43,801 bases of DNA. Source: a virus. Taxonomy: Duplodnaviria; Caudoviricetes. Below the pieces are notes generated by a model that was given only the letters and a program-made list of their open reading frames with translations, was not told the DNA's origin and ran no database searches. The translations under genes were made by a program, and so were the position numbers. The DNA lies in the IMG/VR virus record IMGVR_UViG_3300017589_000085, positions 1-43,801 of that record, one strand, 5' to 3'. Shown here one piece after another: positions 8,408 to 17,726 of the stretch (the first letter of the stretch is position 1; each line of letters opens with the position of its first letter).

Positions 8408-8971
8408 ATGGCAACAGAAGAGATAAATAATTACATTGATAAAAGATATGAAAGATGGTTGGATTATGCATCATACCATTGCGGTTGTGCAGGAATAGGA
8501 AATGAAGCTATTGATGTATTAAATGAAGTATTGCTTGATCTACTTAATAAACCTGAAGAGCAGTTAGCGGGATTGTATAATAAGAAGTCAGGTCAATATA
8601 GAGAACTTGATTATTTCGTTTTACGGATGATCAAATTAAATGCTACTTCAATGACATCGCCTTATCGACATAGGTATAGAAATTTGCTTATTGACTACAA
8701 TGTAGAGTATTCACATATTGAAATTGAGGATGTAATCGAGGAAGATCATGACAGACCTGGAGAAATAGTTGAAAAAACAAGGATCGTGCGAGATATATTC
8801 GAATCGCTTGTAATTTCAGAATATGCAAGGAATGTGTTCATGTGGAGGTTTTTTTATGGTGAGAAATTTTCCGATTGGTCCGGATCCGAGAGCGAAAAGG
8901 AGTTGTTTGATTGCTATTACAAGGTAGTAAATCTGATAAAAGAGAAGCTGAATGGGAAAACGTTGTTTTGA
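8408..8971 (+). CDS. Small sigma-factor-like protein; candidate late transcription factor
   Basis: 187 aa; region-2-like segment (YERWLDYASYHC...AIDVLNEVLLDL...YFVLRMIKLN) and region-4-like segment (IFESLVISEYARNVFMWRFF). It is the last gene of the replication operon. Sigma assignment is inferred. Confidence 0.55.
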   Translation: MATEEINNYIDKRYERWLDYASYHCGCAGIGNEAIDVLNEVLLDLLNKPEEQLAGLYNKKSGQYRELDYFVLRMIKLNATSMTSPYRHRYRNLLIDYNVEYSHIEIEDVIEEDHDRPGEIVEKTRIVRDIFESLVISEYARNVFMWRFFYGEKFSDWSGSESEKELFDCYYKVVNLIKEKLNGKTLF

Positions 8972-9059
8972 AAATATAGTATTTAATATAAATGAAATAG
9001 ATATAACTAATGATAAGATATTGAAAGAATCTATATGATTGCAAATAGTTTGCTATTTA

Positions 9060-9091
9060 CTTGCATTATTGAAATCGTTATTGTAACTTTG
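9060..9091 (+). promoter_or_regulatory. Sigma-A promoter of the accessory cassette
   Basis: CTTG near 9060 and TAACTTTG at 9084-9091. Confidence 0.6.
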
Positions 9092-9140
9092 AAGACATTT
9101 AAAAATAACCGGGACTACAATCCCACAAAAACAAAAGATT

Positions 9141-9782
9141 ATGAAAACAAATGAGAATGTATTCCTTACAAAAACTAATGAAGTCGACGAGATTGTAAAG
9201 TATTACTCAATCCCTGAAAATCAACTTGAGGACATGTACATCCATAACACATATAATGATTATGGACAATTGGTTGGGCATACCGATGCAGGAGACTGGT
9301 CGGTCCTTAATCACTCTTGCGATCTGTACACTGAATGTATTAATGCTATCAAAGAAAAGTTCTTGAACGGTCTTGATACTGACGACCTGGAGATTAACGA
9401 TGACTTCTCTGTGTATTGGTTCGGGTGGGACCTGGACGGTTTGAATGTTTCATTAAGCGAAGAAAAAAAAGCTGAGATTCAAAATTGGATCAAGGAGTAT
9501 GAAGAAAAGAATTCTAAGTATGGTGAATGCAGGGGATTCAATTATTGGGATGGGCACAACTGGCGAACGGTTGTGGTTTCAAACGAGTTCGACGACTTCC
9601 GAAACTATGAAGTTGTTGATGACGAAGACTTAATTAAAGAGCTTAACGAAGCTGTTGAAGAAAGCGAGTTTTATAAAGAGGGTCCAGGGTATAGGGAATA
9701 TAGGTACGGTAAATGGTCGGTAATTAGTTCCAATTGGCAAGAACATTTCGAGGAATTTATAATTTCAGAAATAGAAGAATAA
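9141..9782 (+). CDS. Highly acidic hypothetical protein
   Basis: 213 aa; by hand count about 50 Asp/Glu versus about 18 Lys/Arg; aromatic-rich. Confidence 0.8.
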   Translation: MKTNENVFLTKTNEVDEIVKYYSIPENQLEDMYIHNTYNDYGQLVGHTDAGDWSVLNHSCDLYTECINAIKEKFLNGLDTDDLEINDDFSVYWFGWDLDGLNVSLSEEKKAEIQNWIKEYEEKNSKYGECRGFNYWDGHNWRTVVVSNEFDDFRNYEVVDDEDLIKELNEAVEESEFYKEGPGYREYRYGKWSVISSNWQEHFEEFIISEIEE

Positions 9783-9876
9783 TAAACAAATGGTCCCCAA
9801 GCTGCAACCTGGGGACCCAACAATCAAGCAACAAAACATTAACCTGCTCGATCATCGGGCGCAAATATATAAAAAA

Positions 9877-10200
9877 ATGGCAACAATAAAAATTAAAACA
9901 GTCGACCAATACACAACAGATTTATTAAACGGTTACCGCCCAAATAAGGAGGTTTACGATTCCCTTTATAAAAAAATTAGAACAGTCCTTGAAAACGATG
10001 TTTGGAGAGATCCGGAAGAAACACCAAGGCAAGACGAGGTTTTAACGCTTTGCTCGGTACGTGTTTTGATAAAATTCACAGATTATTTTCTCGGAAACGA
10101 CGAAATACATTATTATATAGGATGTAAATCGTTTGGTTCGTGGGAAACATGGAATGAAGGTGGCATTGACAACGTAGAGGGTTGGCAATATATAGAATAG
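9877..10200 (+). CDS. Hypothetical protein
   Basis: ATG 9877 follows an A-rich leader; the upstream in-frame extension from 9790 runs through a GC hairpin. WRDPEETP...VEGWQYIE resembles DUF551-like small phage proteins. Confidence 0.7.
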   Translation: MATIKIKTVDQYTTDLLNGYRPNKEVYDSLYKKIRTVLENDVWRDPEETPRQDEVLTLCSVRVLIKFTDYFLGNDEIHYYIGCKSFGSWETWNEGGIDNVEGWQYIE

Positions 10201-10308
10201 CCTCTCTACACAGAGGGGCTATTCGGACAGGCAACAATTAAAATCTAAGTAAAAAATTGCCTGTTGTGCAAAATTAAACAAAACAATCAATTAAACGAAA
10301 TTTAAGTT

Positions 10309-10797
10309 ATGAAAAAAGAGAACAGCAAGGCGGTTACAACCAGAATTCCTCAGGAAATGTGGGAATGGTTAATAAAATGGGGTGGCACTGCCGGAGGTGC
10401 CGTTAAAGCTATCCTGGATGAAGCCGAAAGGGTGCATCAACAGGGTAATGAAATATTCATGATCGCTGATGATCTTTCTTATTTGCAACAGATCAGACGT
10501 TATTCGCTTAATGAACTAAAAGGGAAGTTTAGCAAGGCTGAATGGTCATACATGGCTGACAGCCTAAACGGTACACTCGTAACCCCTGAATTTAGATGTA
10601 TGACGGGTGCTTTAGCTATGAGTGTTGAAGATTCTAATACATTTGACGGATTTGGCACAAAATGGGGCGTTGATGTTACGGAGCTTATAAGTAAGATTAA
10701 TAAATTAACCGGAGCACAAGTTGAATCAGTGTTCACTCGTGTAACGGAATTTTGGAACAGCGACGAAAAGGATTTAGAAGCCTGGTCCAAATGGTAA
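10309..10797 (+). CDS. Putative ribbon-helix-helix DNA-binding protein with a helical C-terminal domain
   Basis: N-terminal KAVTTRIPQEMWEWL...AVKAILDE fits the RHH strand-helix-helix pattern. Confidence 0.6.
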   Translation: MKKENSKAVTTRIPQEMWEWLIKWGGTAGGAVKAILDEAERVHQQGNEIFMIADDLSYLQQIRRYSLNELKGKFSKAEWSYMADSLNGTLVTPEFRCMTGALAMSVEDSNTFDGFGTKWGVDVTELISKINKLTGAQVESVFTRVTEFWNSDEKDLEAWSKW

Positions 10798-10817
10798 CTC
10801 ACCAATCAGGTAAATAT

Positions 10818-10848
10818 AGCCGCCTTTCAACCCGGATGGGCGGCTTTT
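10818..10848 (+). terminator. Intrinsic terminator closing the accessory cassette
   Basis: AGCCGCCT...GGGCGGCT followed by TTTGTT. Confidence 0.75.
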
Positions 10849-10876
10849 GTTATTTAACCGAAAACAACAACAAATG

Positions 10877-10886
10877 TATATTTTAA
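10877..10886 (+). promoter_or_regulatory. Candidate phage late promoter TATATTTTAA (packaging module)
   Basis: 9 nt before ATG 10896; the same 10-mer precedes five other late modules. Confidence 0.6.
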
Positions 10887-10895
10887 ATTAACGAT

Positions 10896-11600
10896 ATGAT
10901 AGAAGAATTAAACATAGATATTGATTTCCCTGATTTTGACTTTGATATAGCAATATCAGAAAACGGATTCGATAACCGGTACATTCAATCAAAAATCGCA
11001 AAGGATTTACCGAATAGCAAGCTGAAATACAGCAATGCGTTGAAATTGGCAGAGCAATTAAAAATCACTCCGGGAATGAGATATGATTGTATTGTTGCCG
11101 GAAACTTTATTTTCGGTGATTTCATTGAAGCATTTATAACGAGTAATAATGCGAAGTGTTTAAGACTAACCATTTCCACTTTATCGTTAGATCAAAACAA
11201 TGTTGATAGTTTAGTCAATTTAATTGAAGGTGAATATGTCGATGAGTTGAATTTAATATTGTCGGATTACTTCTATGCTCATGAACGTAGAGCTTTAATT
11301 CCGTATATCTATAATAAGCTGGATATCGACAATAAATTTCAGTTAGCATCAACAGGGTGTCACACGAAAATCGCGATGTTTGAAACTTTAGGTGGAAAGA
11401 AGATCGTAATTCACGGATCAGCGAACTTAAGGAGTTCGTCCAATATTGAACAATTCACTATAGAGGAAAATCCAGGACTGTATGATTTTCATTTTGACTA
11501 TCACATGAAAATGATCGAGAAATACAAAACGATTAATAAGGATATTAAAAAGCATAAATCATTGAGAGGAGAAAAACTTTGGGAAAGTATTAACGAATAA
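10896..11600 (+). CDS. Phospholipase D-superfamily (HKD-type) protein, probable nuclease
   Basis: CHTKIAMFE...VIHGSANLRSS...EQF, i.e. a single HxK...GSxN motif. Confidence 0.75.
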   Translation: MIEELNIDIDFPDFDFDIAISENGFDNRYIQSKIAKDLPNSKLKYSNALKLAEQLKITPGMRYDCIVAGNFIFGDFIEAFITSNNAKCLRLTISTLSLDQNNVDSLVNLIEGEYVDELNLILSDYFYAHERRALIPYIYNKLDIDNKFQLASTGCHTKIAMFETLGGKKIVIHGSANLRSSSNIEQFTIEENPGLYDFHFDYHMKMIEKYKTINKDIKKHKSLRGEKLWESINE

Positions 11601-11610
11601 ATATAAGATT

Positions 11611-11733
11611 ATGGCATCAGGAAGTACAAAAGGTGGTTCAGGATCTAAGATTAGGACCAGTACCGCAGCAAGCAGACGAAGACAAAGAAAATGGCAGGAA
11701 AGCATGAGAAATCAGGGTAAATTGCCATTTTAA
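11611..11733 (+). CDS. 40-aa basic microprotein, not in the ORF track
   Basis: MASGSTKGGSGSKIRTSTAASRRRQRKWQESMRNQGKLPF*; starts 10 nt after the PLD stop with an AT-rich leader. Confidence 0.65.
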   Translation: MASGSTKGGSGSKIRTSTAASRRRQRKWQESMRNQGKLPF

Positions 11734-11831
11734 AATATTCATCTGAAATAGGTAAAATTAAATTGACGGACAAACATAATGCTGATGTCGCTTTTAGTGA
11801 TATTTGCATGAGTTAAAAAATTGGCGGAAAA

Positions 11832-12272
11832 ATGGAGGCTAAAAGAGATGCAAAAGGTAGATTTGTAAAAGGGACGAAACCTAATAAAACTTCGTTCTCT
11901 AAAACTAACCCGCCCAAAAATCAGGGTAGAAAGCCATCACGTTTTAAACAGATCATTTCAGAACTAAATGAACTTGATGATCCTCTTTCTTTGGAAGATT
12001 TTCGGAAGATTGCCCTTTCTCTTTTATCAGTGGACAAAGACAAATTGGTAGCTATTGCTAAGAAAAAAACAACGCCAATTGCAGTAGTGATAATCGCTTC
12101 ATCGATCGCAGGCGATATTGAGAATAAGCAGATGGCAAATCTGGATAGGCTTATGGATCGTATATTTGGAAAAGCATTACAACCGACAGATATTACGTCA
12201 AATGGAGAATCAATTAAAGAACCGTCAGGATTAACCAAAGATCAGATAGATAAGTTAATAGAAAAACTATAA
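11832..12272 (+). CDS. terS: Probable terminase small subunit
   Basis: RDAKGRFVKG and NPPKNQGRKP at the N-terminus, LMDRIFGKALQPTDITSNGESI at the C-terminus; TAATG overlap with terL. Confidence 0.7.
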   Translation: MEAKRDAKGRFVKGTKPNKTSFSKTNPPKNQGRKPSRFKQIISELNELDDPLSLEDFRKIALSLLSVDKDKLVAIAKKKTTPIAVVIIASSIAGDIENKQMANLDRLMDRIFGKALQPTDITSNGESIKEPSGLTKDQIDKLIEKL

Positions 12273-13699
12273 TGGAGCGTTACGCATATGACGATGTGAA
12301 AGACGTCTTAAAGATAGGGGCAAAGCAGCATTTTTGGTTGTTTTGCCTTTATGTTGATTACGACTTCTTTACAAAAAGGCGGTTCTTGAAAAGAATCGCT
12401 GATGCCTTTATGCGTGTTTTTGAGTCATTTTCTAACAAAACGATATACCGGCTCGCTGTGAGTATGCCACCTCGTGCTGGAAAATCTTACATTTCGTCAC
12501 TTTTCATTGCTTGGATGCTTGGGCATTTTCCTGAACATTCGGTAATGAGAAACTGTTGTTCCGGGACGCTGTACAATAAACTTTCTTATGATACGAGAAA
12601 TATTGTAAAAAGCAATAAGTTTCAAGATATCTTCCCTGAAGTAAAACTGTCTTCCGATAAACAAAATGTTAATGGCTGGAATTTGCAGACATCACGGCAG
12701 GTGGGTTATTTCGGTGCCGGTGTTGGGGGCACCGTGATCGGCTTCGGTGCTTCCATGTTAGCAATGACGGATGACCTTTACAAGTCACTTGAAGAAGCCA
12801 TGTCCGATAACAATAACGAAAAAACCTGGAGCTGGAAACAGGGCACGCATGATTCACGTATAGAGGGTAATTGTTGTTCTATTGACATAGGTACCAGGTG
12901 GAGCGAAACGGATGTGTTGGGCCGGCTTGAATCATCCGGCAAATACAATGAAATTATCCGTATCGCTGCACTTGATGAAAATGGTCAGTCATTTTGCGAA
13001 GATGTGCACACAACAGAATATTATCATGAGATACGTAATGATCTCGATGAATCGATTTGGGAAGCTGAGTACATGCAGAACCCAATTGAAGCAAAAGGAT
13101 TACTGTTCCCTAAATCAGAACTTCAGCGATACAGAAGAAAAGATATTGAGGGGCGCAAGGCAGATGGTACTATTGGTTCATGTGATGTTGCAGATCAAGG
13201 CGACGATGATTTTGCAGCTCCATTTGGCGATATCTTTGGCGATAAGGTATTCATTAAAGAAGTTGTATTTACTAAAGATCCAGTCGAAGTTACAGAGCCA
13301 AGAATCACTCAAGCTATTATTGATACAGGATGTGATAAGATAAGAATTGAGTCAAATAACGGCGGTCGCATATTTGGCAATAGCATACGAAAGAATATAA
13401 ATGTCAAAAAGCATAAATGTGAGATTCAAACTAAATCTACCACGAAAAACAAAGAAACCCGAATTTTAATGAAGTCGGGCTGGATCAAGAAACACTGTGT
13501 ATTCCTGCATGAAAGCGATATCGTTAAAGGATCTGATTACGACCGATTCATGAAATCTTTGACCGGTTATAAAAAAGAGGGTGGCAATAAGCATGATGAC
13601 GCACCTGACTCACTTACAATTTTAGCTGAATATATTGAAGATATCGGTTTGCGCAAAACAATGAATAGGAAAACAGTTGATAGAAGAGTGGTAGTCTAA
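12272..13699 (+). CDS. terL: Terminase large subunit
   Basis: Walker A SMPPRAGKS, Walker B LAMTDD, IGTRW coupling motif, YMQNP, nuclease motifs DVADQGDD and HDDAPD. Confidence 0.95.
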   Translation: MERYAYDDVKDVLKIGAKQHFWLFCLYVDYDFFTKRRFLKRIADAFMRVFESFSNKTIYRLAVSMPPRAGKSYISSLFIAWMLGHFPEHSVMRNCCSGTLYNKLSYDTRNIVKSNKFQDIFPEVKLSSDKQNVNGWNLQTSRQVGYFGAGVGGTVIGFGASMLAMTDDLYKSLEEAMSDNNNEKTWSWKQGTHDSRIEGNCCSIDIGTRWSETDVLGRLESSGKYNEIIRIAALDENGQSFCEDVHTTEYYHEIRNDLDESIWEAEYMQNPIEAKGLLFPKSELQRYRRKDIEGRKADGTIGSCDVADQGDDDFAAPFGDIFGDKVFIKEVVFTKDPVEVTEPRITQAIIDTGCDKIRIESNNGGRIFGNSIRKNINVKKHKCEIQTKSTTKNKETRILMKSGWIKKHCVFLHESDIVKGSDYDRFMKSLTGYKKEGGNKHDDAPDSLTILAEYIEDIGLRKTMNRKTVDRRVVV

Positions 13700-13717
13700 T
13701 CAAATTCCTAATTCCCT

Positions 13718-13727
13718 TATATTTTAA
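13718..13727 (+). promoter_or_regulatory. Candidate late promoter TATATTTTAA (tail-tip module)
   Basis: 10 nt before the tape measure ATG. Confidence 0.6.
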
Positions 13728-13737
13728 GAGAAAATAT

Positions 13738-16700
13738 ATGGGAGTACTTAACAGGGATGGTGCACTTTACTTTGCTTCCGGCATTGATAATACAGGCATG
13801 TATCGGGATGCTGACGAAACAAAGAGAATTGTCAATTCAATATCAGATAGTGTACGTAGTGCCGGAATGGTTATCGGTACTGTATTTGGCGCAGCTACAT
13901 TGACACAATTCGTTAGTCAAATAGTAGATGTTAGGGGTGAAATGCAGATGCTTGAATCATCATTCGAGACGTTACTCGGAGGTAGGGCAAATGCTGATAG
14001 AATGATCGCTGAGATAAAGGAATTTGCAGTAGAAAGTCCGTTATCTCTATCAGGTGTGTCACAAGCCGCTCAAACATTACTTGGTTTTAACGTAGCAGCT
14101 GAAGATACCATTCCCATCATCAAGCAGATAGGTGATATCTCAATGGGCAATGAGCAACGTTTTGCATCCCTCACACTTGCATTCGCTCAGATGTCCAGTA
14201 CCGGCAGACTGATGGGCCAGGATCTTAACCAAATGATCAATGCCGGTTTCAATCCATTACAAGAGATTTCCGCAAAAACAGGTAAATCGATATCCGAATT
14301 AAAGAAAGAGATGGAGAAAGGTGCCGTTTCTTCCGATATGGTTGCCGATGCATTCCGGAGTGTAACTGCTGAAGGTGGTAAGTTCTATGGAATGACACAA
14401 AAACAAGCCGAAGGTGTCAAAGGTCTGAAAGCACAGATAGAAGGATCTACACAAGAGATGTTCAACAATCTTGGTAAGATGTCGGAAGGCTTCATCACTA
14501 ACACTTATAAGGCTACAAAATTACTTATCGACAATTACGAAAATATTGGCAGGGTGCTTGCAGCGTTAGTAACAACATACGGAGTGTACAGGGCCGCTGT
14601 TGTTGCAGTAACCGTTGCCGAAAGTGGATGGACAATTGCGCAAATGGCACAATACAAATGGCTGTTATTGGTTGAGAAAGCGCAGAAACTTCTTAACATT
14701 ACAATGTTGAAGAATCCATACGTTGCAGTTGCTGCTGCAGTTGTAGGTCTTGTATCTATAATGATCGCCTTGCATGATCGTACCACAATAGCAGAGAAAG
14801 CCCAAAAGAAACTCAATGATACACTAGAAGAAGCAAAGAATAGAAAAGAAGCACTGAAAACTAAAGGTGGTGAACTTATTTCTGTTCTAAACAATGAAAC
14901 AGCATCTGTTTATCAGCAAACGAAAGCTTACAAAGAATTGATTGCTTTACTCCCACAACTGAAAGGCAAAAGCATAGGAGATATCAAGAATATGGATCCA
15001 GCCGATATTGGGAAGATGTTATCTGAAAAATCAGATCAGACAGAACAGGGTACCATTCAGGCACAATACAATGAAAGGATCAAGAATATTGAAGCTTATC
15101 GTAAAAAGATCAAAGAATTAGAGGGTAAAGACGAAAGGCAGGTTGGTGGGGAGACCACATATTACAAAGAGCAACTTAATATAGCTATTAAAGAAACAAA
15201 ATTGCTGAAAGCTCAGCTTGATGAGATAGCTGATTTAAATAAAGAAGCATTTTATCAGGGAAACCCGGATGCAAGGAAAAAGGATCTTCAGTCTGAGCGT
15301 GTTGCCTTATTACAGAAAGAAGCTGAATTGAAAGAGAAAATCAAATCAACCGGTAATAACGATTTTGCAAGTGCAAATGATAGAATTGCACTCAAAGCAA
15401 TACAAAGCCTGATTGAAACAAATAAGACAGCCCTTCAATCAGTCAATAGCACCACAGATGCAGCAATCATCAAAAACAAGGACTATTGGAAAAGCGTACT
15501 TGATGAAGCCACATCAGCACGTGACAAGTTAGGAACTGATCAGGTAGGTTCAAGTGAGTGGAAAAGGTTAACCGGTGTCATTAATTCAGCTACCAAGCAA
15601 CTTGATCATTATTCAAACAAGCTCAAAGAAGTTAAAGAAGATACCAAAAAACTAGCTAAACGTGATGTCGGAAGTGTTGAAGGTGTCGGCAAAGGCATTC
15701 TCGACGGTTTCATGTCATCTACCGTGATCGATGACATAGTGGATAACCAAATGGGCGAATATTCCAAGAAACTGCGTGAGAAGCTCTCTAAAATGGATTT
15801 AAAGGATGTAGATGTATTTGATATCCTCACATCAGATCTTTGGAACAAAGCATTCAGTAACCTGGATAAAATGGCAGTTGATGATATGATCCAGCTCATT
15901 CGTCAATTGGAATTACATTGGAAGAAGCTAAATCTGGATCCTGCTGAATTGGGTGCACTAAGAGAACGAATTGAAAAGATCACCAATGAGATTGAAAATA
16001 AAAATCCTTTTAAAGGACTTTCAGAAGCAATAAAGAAATTCAAGAGCAGTGACGGTGATTTTAAGGATATCGCCAAAAATGCCGGAGCTTCATTGGATCA
16101 GGTAAGCAGCATATTCAATTCCATCACTGATGGGCTTATCAAAATGGGTATTGCCGGAGACGAAGAAACTCAAAAGATGCTCAAAGGTATCGGTGAAATG
16201 GTAAATGGTGCCGCTACATTGGCAAAAGGTATTGCTTCCGGTAATCCGGCTGATATTGTTGCAGGAAGTGTTCAGTTGCTTACTTCAGCTTTAGATGTAT
16301 TCGATAAGAAAAGCCGTGATGCCAACAGGACTATCAAGAAGAATCAGGAGCAAGTAGGGGATCTTGAAAAAGCCTATGAAAAGCTTGAAAACGCTATCTC
16401 TAAAACATATTCGACAAAGGCAGCATCAATCCTTGAAGATGAACAACGCAACCTGGAGCAACAAAAAAGATTAATAGAGGACAGCATCCGGGCTGAAAAA
16501 AGCAAGAAGAAAAAGAAGCGAGATGACGAAGCGATAAAAGAGTGGCAAAATATACTTGATGATTTAAATGTACGCATATCTGAAAACAAGGATCGCATTC
16601 TTGAATCGCTTGCAGGTACGGATGTAATGTCCGCCATTGATGATTTTGCGCAAGCTTATGCAGATGCCTGGACAAGTGGTGAAAGTGCAGCTAAGAAGTC

Positions 16701-17232
16701 CGCTGATGTGGTGAAAGGGATTCTTCGTAATGCTCTTATCAAATACATGAGTGGCCAGTTGCAACCCGAAGTTGATAAGTTGATGAATAAGATCGCCAGC
16801 TCAATTAAGAATGATGGCAGAATAGACACAATGGAGCAAAAAGTAATAGATTCATTGTTGAATTCTATTGATAACAAAGCAGCACAATACAAAAACGCAC
16901 TTGATCCATATCTGGATAAAAACAATAAAACTGATGGTGGGGTAACCGGTGAGCTGAAATCCCAAATGACTGAAGGAACCGGATCACAGTTGGTTGGATT
17001 ATGGAGTATGTCGGCAATGGACACCAGAGCCATCAGGCAACATCTTGAAAACACTAAAATGCCTGATGTTGCAAAGGATCTTTATGCTATGCAAAATGAG
17101 TTGACAGCTATTAATCGCAATACTCGCGAAACGGCCGATAATACTGACGGCATTAAGGAAAAATTCGATGTAATGAATGATAAACTTGAAGATATCAAAA
17201 AGAATACTAAACAAATAAACAGCAGGGGATAA
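13738..17232 (+). CDS. Tail tape measure protein
   Basis: 1164 aa, helical and Ala/Lys-rich; tape-measure domain LAFAQMSSTGRLMGQDLNQMINAGFNPL; NPYVAVAAAVVGL hydrophobic segment. Confidence 0.95.
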   Translation: MGVLNRDGALYFASGIDNTGMYRDADETKRIVNSISDSVRSAGMVIGTVFGAATLTQFVSQIVDVRGEMQMLESSFETLLGGRANADRMIAEIKEFAVESPLSLSGVSQAAQTLLGFNVAAEDTIPIIKQIGDISMGNEQRFASLTLAFAQMSSTGRLMGQDLNQMINAGFNPLQEISAKTGKSISELKKEMEKGAVSSDMVADAFRSVTAEGGKFYGMTQKQAEGVKGLKAQIEGSTQEMFNNLGKMSEGFITNTYKATKLLIDNYENIGRVLAALVTTYGVYRAAVVAVTVAESGWTIAQMAQYKWLLLVEKAQKLLNITMLKNPYVAVAAAVVGLVSIMIALHDRTTIAEKAQKKLNDTLEEAKNRKEALKTKGGELISVLNNETASVYQQTKAYKELIALLPQLKGKSIGDIKNMDPADIGKMLSEKSDQTEQGTIQAQYNERIKNIEAYRKKIKELEGKDERQVGGETTYYKEQLNIAIKETKLLKAQLDEIADLNKEAFYQGNPDARKKDLQSERVALLQKEAELKEKIKSTGNNDFASANDRIALKAIQSLIETNKTALQSVNSTTDAAIIKNKDYWKSVLDEATSARDKLGTDQVGSSEWKRLTGVINSATKQLDHYSNKLKEVKEDTKKLAKRDVGSVEGVGKGILDGFMSSTVIDDIVDNQMGEYSKKLREKLSKMDLKDVDVFDILTSDLWNKAFSNLDKMAVDDMIQLIRQLELHWKKLNLDPAELGALRERIEKITNEIENKNPFKGLSEAIKKFKSSDGDFKDIAKNAGASLDQVSSIFNSITDGLIKMGIAGDEETQKMLKGIGEMVNGAATLAKGIASGNPADIVAGSVQLLTSALDVFDKKSRDANRTIKKNQEQVGDLEKAYEKLENAISKTYSTKAASILEDEQRNLEQQKRLIEDSIRAEKSKKKKKRDDEAIKEWQNILDDLNVRISENKDRILESLAGTDVMSAIDDFAQAYADAWTSGESAAKKSADVVKGILRNALIKYMSGQLQPEVDKLMNKIASSIKNDGRIDTMEQKVIDSLLNSIDNKAAQYKNALDPYLDKNNKTDGGVTGELKSQMTEGTGSQLVGLWSMSAMDTRAIRQHLENTKMPDVAKDLYAMQNELTAINRNTRETADNTDGIKEKFDVMNDKLEDIKKNTKQINSRG

Positions 17233-17726
17233 TGAAATTAACATATTTAATAGCCGAAGCCGAAGCTTTAAAAGGCTGCGAAGAAGGGATAGAAGTACTA
17301 AAAGAGTGTAAGAGCATAAAAGATGTGATCGAAGGATTCTATGATTACAAAGATTTCTGTATTGCCAGGAAATTTCCAACAAAAGAATTTCTCATGCAAT
17401 ATAGAGATGAATTCAGAGAAGCCGGAATATATGTCGATGAAGAAATTACGCTTTATAATCCTCAAAAACTTGTGTTGATAGGCAATTGTAATGTAAGCGT
17501 AAAGTTAACCAATTGGGCCGTTTGCCGGGCTTATGTGAGTGGTAATTCAAGGCTTCGTGTTGAGACAAGCGGTTACGCCGTTATCATGGTCGATGCATTG
17601 GATGAAAGCGAAGTGAAAGCGAAGATTTATGATCCATCACGAGTAATTGTCAATTTATATGGAAATGCAAAAAGCGAAGGAGCATCAAGAACTGTTTTGA
17701 AAAAGAAGAAGACTTATGAATTATAA
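17232..17726 (+). CDS. Conserved Bacteroidales phage protein following the tape measure gene
   Basis: DFCIARKFPT...GIYVDE followed by beta-repeat-like segments; TAATG coupling. Confidence 0.75.
   Translation: MKLTYLIAEAEALKGCEEGIEVLKECKSIKDVIEGFYDYKDFCIARKFPTKEFLMQYRDEFREAGIYVDEEITLYNPQKLVLIGNCNVSVKLTNWAVCRAYVSGNSRLRVETSGYAVIMVDALDESEVKAKIYDPSRVIVNLYGNAKSEGASRTVLKKKKTYEL

Noticed and set aside
12272-13699. Intein or stop-codon recoding in terminase or structural genes
   Set aside because: TerL, portal, capsid and RtcB have normal lengths under the standard code, with no intein motifs seen.
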